Made by a program: the position numbers and the translations under genes
Shown here: one piece after another, positions 29,765-32,000 of the stretch
Position numbering within the stretch: the first letter of the stretch is position 1
Layout: each line of letters begins with the position of its first letter
The notes under the pieces: generated by a model
Seen by the model: only the letters and a program-made list of their open reading frames with translations
What the model was told of the DNA's origin: nothing
Database searches by the model: none
Source: Methanococcus maripaludis
GTDB taxonomy: Archaea > AGJL01 > Methanococci > Methanococcales > Methanococcaceae
DNA length: 32,000 nucleotides
NCBI RefSeq assembly: GCF_002945325.1
Contig: NZ_CP026606.1
Coordinates: 600,001-632,000, forward strand
Reading direction: 5' to 3'

Positions 29765-31825
29765 TTATTTTTTAGAAAATTTAATTTTTCCCATTTTGGA
29801 AGATACTTTTTTAGCACCAGATTTCATGCTTTTCAAATCAATATCTCCACCAAACACAACTACTACACCAGCTAAAACGATTAAGATTCCTAACCAGTTA
29901 TCAGTTATTACAGCAGGGATTAAATCCCCTGAAATTGCACCGATTAAACCAAAATCAGAACCAGAGTTAGCTTCTTCTGTTGTGGATGCTAAAGTTAAAG
30001 CCTGATCGTCAAGTCCATAGTAATAAAGTTCTGCAATTTGGACCCAGTCCTTGGCTTGTGATTCATAATACCATGCTTTATTTTTTCCCTCTATAATTGA
30101 ATCCGTATTAGTTAAAGAAATAGCAGTTAACGAATCAATTGCCTTTTGGTAGTAATCAATAGCTTTTTGGTAAGCATTTTCCGAGTCCGTGTCATCTGCA
30201 AAATCTCTGTTACTTTCAAGTTCTGCAATTTTTGACAGATAGTCCGCTACATCCCCCTCAAACATTGCCTCTGTTTGTTCTTTTTCTGATGCGGTGAAAT
30301 CCCCATCTGCAAGGAAACTATCTATCAATTTTGAGTGGTCTGTAATTACGAAAACATAATTTGACCTAATTGTTATTCGAGGCTTTGAAATAGCCCATAC
30401 TGGAAAAGACCTATCAGGATTATCTTCGGTTTGATATATTCTTCCTGAAACTAAAAGGAATGGATATATAGCGACTGTATCCTCATCTGAGTTATAGTCG
30501 AGGATCGTGTTAATTACTCCAACCTTTGTAAGGTCCGGTAAAATTCCATCTGATTTTGAATCTGTTGAAATTGTTGAAGTTCCATCTGCATGATAATTAA
30601 TTGCAACTAATCTGTAAGATACATTTTGAATTTTCATATCAGTTGAATAAGTATCAAAATATTCAGGATAACCGATAATAGTTACAGAATACCCGGCAGG
30701 ATTGTTTAATTCATGAATCATCGAGGATTTAATAGTCATAACAATGTTTGAAGTAGCACCGTTTGCATCGGCCTTAAAAGCAAACATTTCGTCATCGTAT
30801 TGATCCCTATATTCAGAACCTAAACCGCCCTCTTTTCCTTTGTGGTCCACGATTCCATCAAGGATTGATTGAGTAGCAGATGTTGTATGCCTATATGAAA
30901 TGTAAGATGTGTTCTTCCAGGGGTCATCTTTTCCATCATCGTCATCATCCCATCTAAGAGGCTTATCTTCTTCTTCCTCAGGGGTATGTTCCTCTAAATC
31001 CCATCGGGCCCACTCTGCGTTTTCTTTCCAAACGACTAAATTATGGTTAACTTCGGTGTATATTTCAAAATTTTCTACATCCGCAGTAACAAGAGCGTTT
31101 AAATCATTTAAATCTAAATTTCCGCCCTGAGTCATAACAGCGACTTCCGATGCGTAATCATCAGGAACTTTTAAGATTGCATCAAAAGTATGTTCCTGGT
31201 TTTCAGAAGTAATATTCAAATCAGTTAGTTCATATTTGGATACAACAGTTCCCCCTTGCATAACTTTAAAAGTTACTGAATTTATCTCAGTATGGCCGAT
31301 AACATCTATTGTATATTGATCGTCCCCATAATCGATAACATCTTCGGGGAACATTGAATCTATTGAAGGAGTTTTCACAGTTATTCTAACTGGAAAGACT
31401 GAAAAACCACCTATTTTATCAGGGGCGTTAATTACTTCTTGAACCAATCCCCCAACTTCATATCCTACACAATAATAAGAAACCATATCAGATTTTATCT
31501 CATCTAAAATCCTTTGTGTGGAGTTTGAGGCTTCGATAATTGATTGTTCCTTATCCCCCATTACCGCCTCGGCAGAGGATTGCTCGGTTTCGTTTTGTGT
31601 TCCATTAAACACAATATCTGAGGGCGTATCATCTGTTGTGTTACTTGGCGGTAAATCAACAGTATTTCCACCAGTTAACCAGTCCCATATATCAGTAAAT
31701 AAAGTTCCGGTTCCAGTTCCACCGCCATCATCTATTCCCACATATCCGGTTCCATCCGCAAATACTGAAAATGGAGAAATTAAGACCAGAAAAAGGATAA
31801 ATAAAGATTTAGTTTGTAGCTTCAT
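29765..31825 (-). CDS. Large secreted/membrane-anchored surface or virion-like protein, unknown family
   Basis: 686 aa; signal peptide MKLQTKSLFILFLVLISPFSVFA, Gly-rich segment DDGGGTGTGT, acidic DDDDDGKDDPW, predicted helical region before a C-terminal TM (NWLGILIVLAGVVVVFGG) and Lys-rich tail SGAKKVSSKMGKIKFSKK. Confidence 0.75.
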   Translation of the reverse strand: MKLQTKSLFILFLVLISPFSVFADGTGYVGIDDGGGTGTGTLFTDIWDWLTGGNTVDLPPSNTTDDTPSDIVFNGTQNETEQSSAEAVMGDKEQSIIEASNSTQRILDEIKSDMVSYYCVGYEVGGLVQEVINAPDKIGGFSVFPVRITVKTPSIDSMFPEDVIDYGDDQYTIDVIGHTEINSVTFKVMQGGTVVSKYELTDLNITSENQEHTFDAILKVPDDYASEVAVMTQGGNLDLNDLNALVTADVENFEIYTEVNHNLVVWKENAEWARWDLEEHTPEEEEDKPLRWDDDDDGKDDPWKNTSYISYRHTTSATQSILDGIVDHKGKEGGLGSEYRDQYDDEMFAFKADANGATSNIVMTIKSSMIHELNNPAGYSVTIIGYPEYFDTYSTDMKIQNVSYRLVAINYHADGTSTISTDSKSDGILPDLTKVGVINTILDYNSDEDTVAIYPFLLVSGRIYQTEDNPDRSFPVWAISKPRITIRSNYVFVITDHSKLIDSFLADGDFTASEKEQTEAMFEGDVADYLSKIAELESNRDFADDTDSENAYQKAIDYYQKAIDSLTAISLTNTDSIIEGKNKAWYYESQAKDWVQIAELYYYGLDDQALTLASTTEEANSGSDFGLIGAISGDLIPAVITDNWLGILIVLAGVVVVFGGDIDLKSMKSGAKKVSSKMGKIKFSKK

Positions 31826-32000
31826 CTTGTATCCACCCTAATTTAAGCGATATTTGGTATAATCCCCAAATTACGAAACCACCAAGTAGTGCAGTCAAGT
31901 AAAAAATATTTCCTTCAAGAGTTGCAGGTCCTGAATTGTAAGATTGAGTAATAGTTACTGCATCTGCAGTAACTGAATTCATTAATAATCCAAGGCCAAG
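31809..32000 (-). CDS. Small single-TM protein, N-terminus beyond the window; possible coat/membrane structural protein
   Basis: Minus-strand open frame ending ...LGLGLLMNSVTADAVTITQSYNSGPATLEGNIFYLTALLGGFVIWGLYQISLKLGWIQDEATN*. Its stop (31809-31811) overlaps the start of the 686-aa gene by 17 bp. Confidence 0.6.
   Translation of the reverse strand, partial: LGLGLLMNSVTADAVTITQSYNSGPATLEGNIFYLTALLGGFVIWGLYQISLKLGWIQDEATN

Larger units (their letters stand above)
26300..32000. mobile_element. Left part of a probable integrated virus/plasmid-like element (borders not defined)
   Basis: Abrupt change from housekeeping genes to an ORF-poor repeat/hairpin region, ArdC-methyltransferase, small wHTH protein and large secreted/membrane protein. 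No integrase or att repeat visible in the window. Confidence 0.55.

Noticed and set aside
30909-31841. Plus-strand Ser-rich ORFs opposite the 686-aa surface protein
   Set aside because: Shadow frames of Asp/Thr-rich coding sequence.

Overview
The window is AT-rich genomic DNA from a Methanococcus-type archaeon (inferred from gene content and GGTGA-type Shine-Dalgarno sites). It has two parts. (1) About 1-26,110 is densely packed chromosomal DNA: HtpX-like protease (partial), pantoate kinase, AlaRS, enolase, HemD-like protein, MJ0936-like phosphodiesterase, PurD, class-V aminotransferase, a zinc-knuckle/DUF84 fusion, ferredoxin, geranylgeranyl reductase, signal peptidase, histone, UMP kinase, a DUF2116-like protein, two identical initiator-tRNA genes, S-layer protein, ABCE1/Rli1, LeuD/HacB-like small subunit, then a same-strand run of PolB, GGCT-like, DadD-like, PHP and Rnl3-like RNA ligase. 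(2) From about 26,110 to the right edge is accessory DNA that looks like part of an integrated virus or plasmid. It holds a candidate small structured RNA, an ORF-poor region of about 1 kb with short tandem repeats and a dense array of hairpins (two sharing a C-TAAC-G loop), an ArdC-like antirestriction/metalloprotease protein fused to a SAM-dependent DNA methyltransferase behind an operator-like palindrome, a small winged-helix protein, and on the opposite strand a large signal-peptide/C-terminal-TM surface protein whose start overlaps a small TM protein at the window edge. The right-hand element, especially the hairpin array plus ArdC-methyltransferase and the coat/spike-like pair, is the part most worth follow-up.
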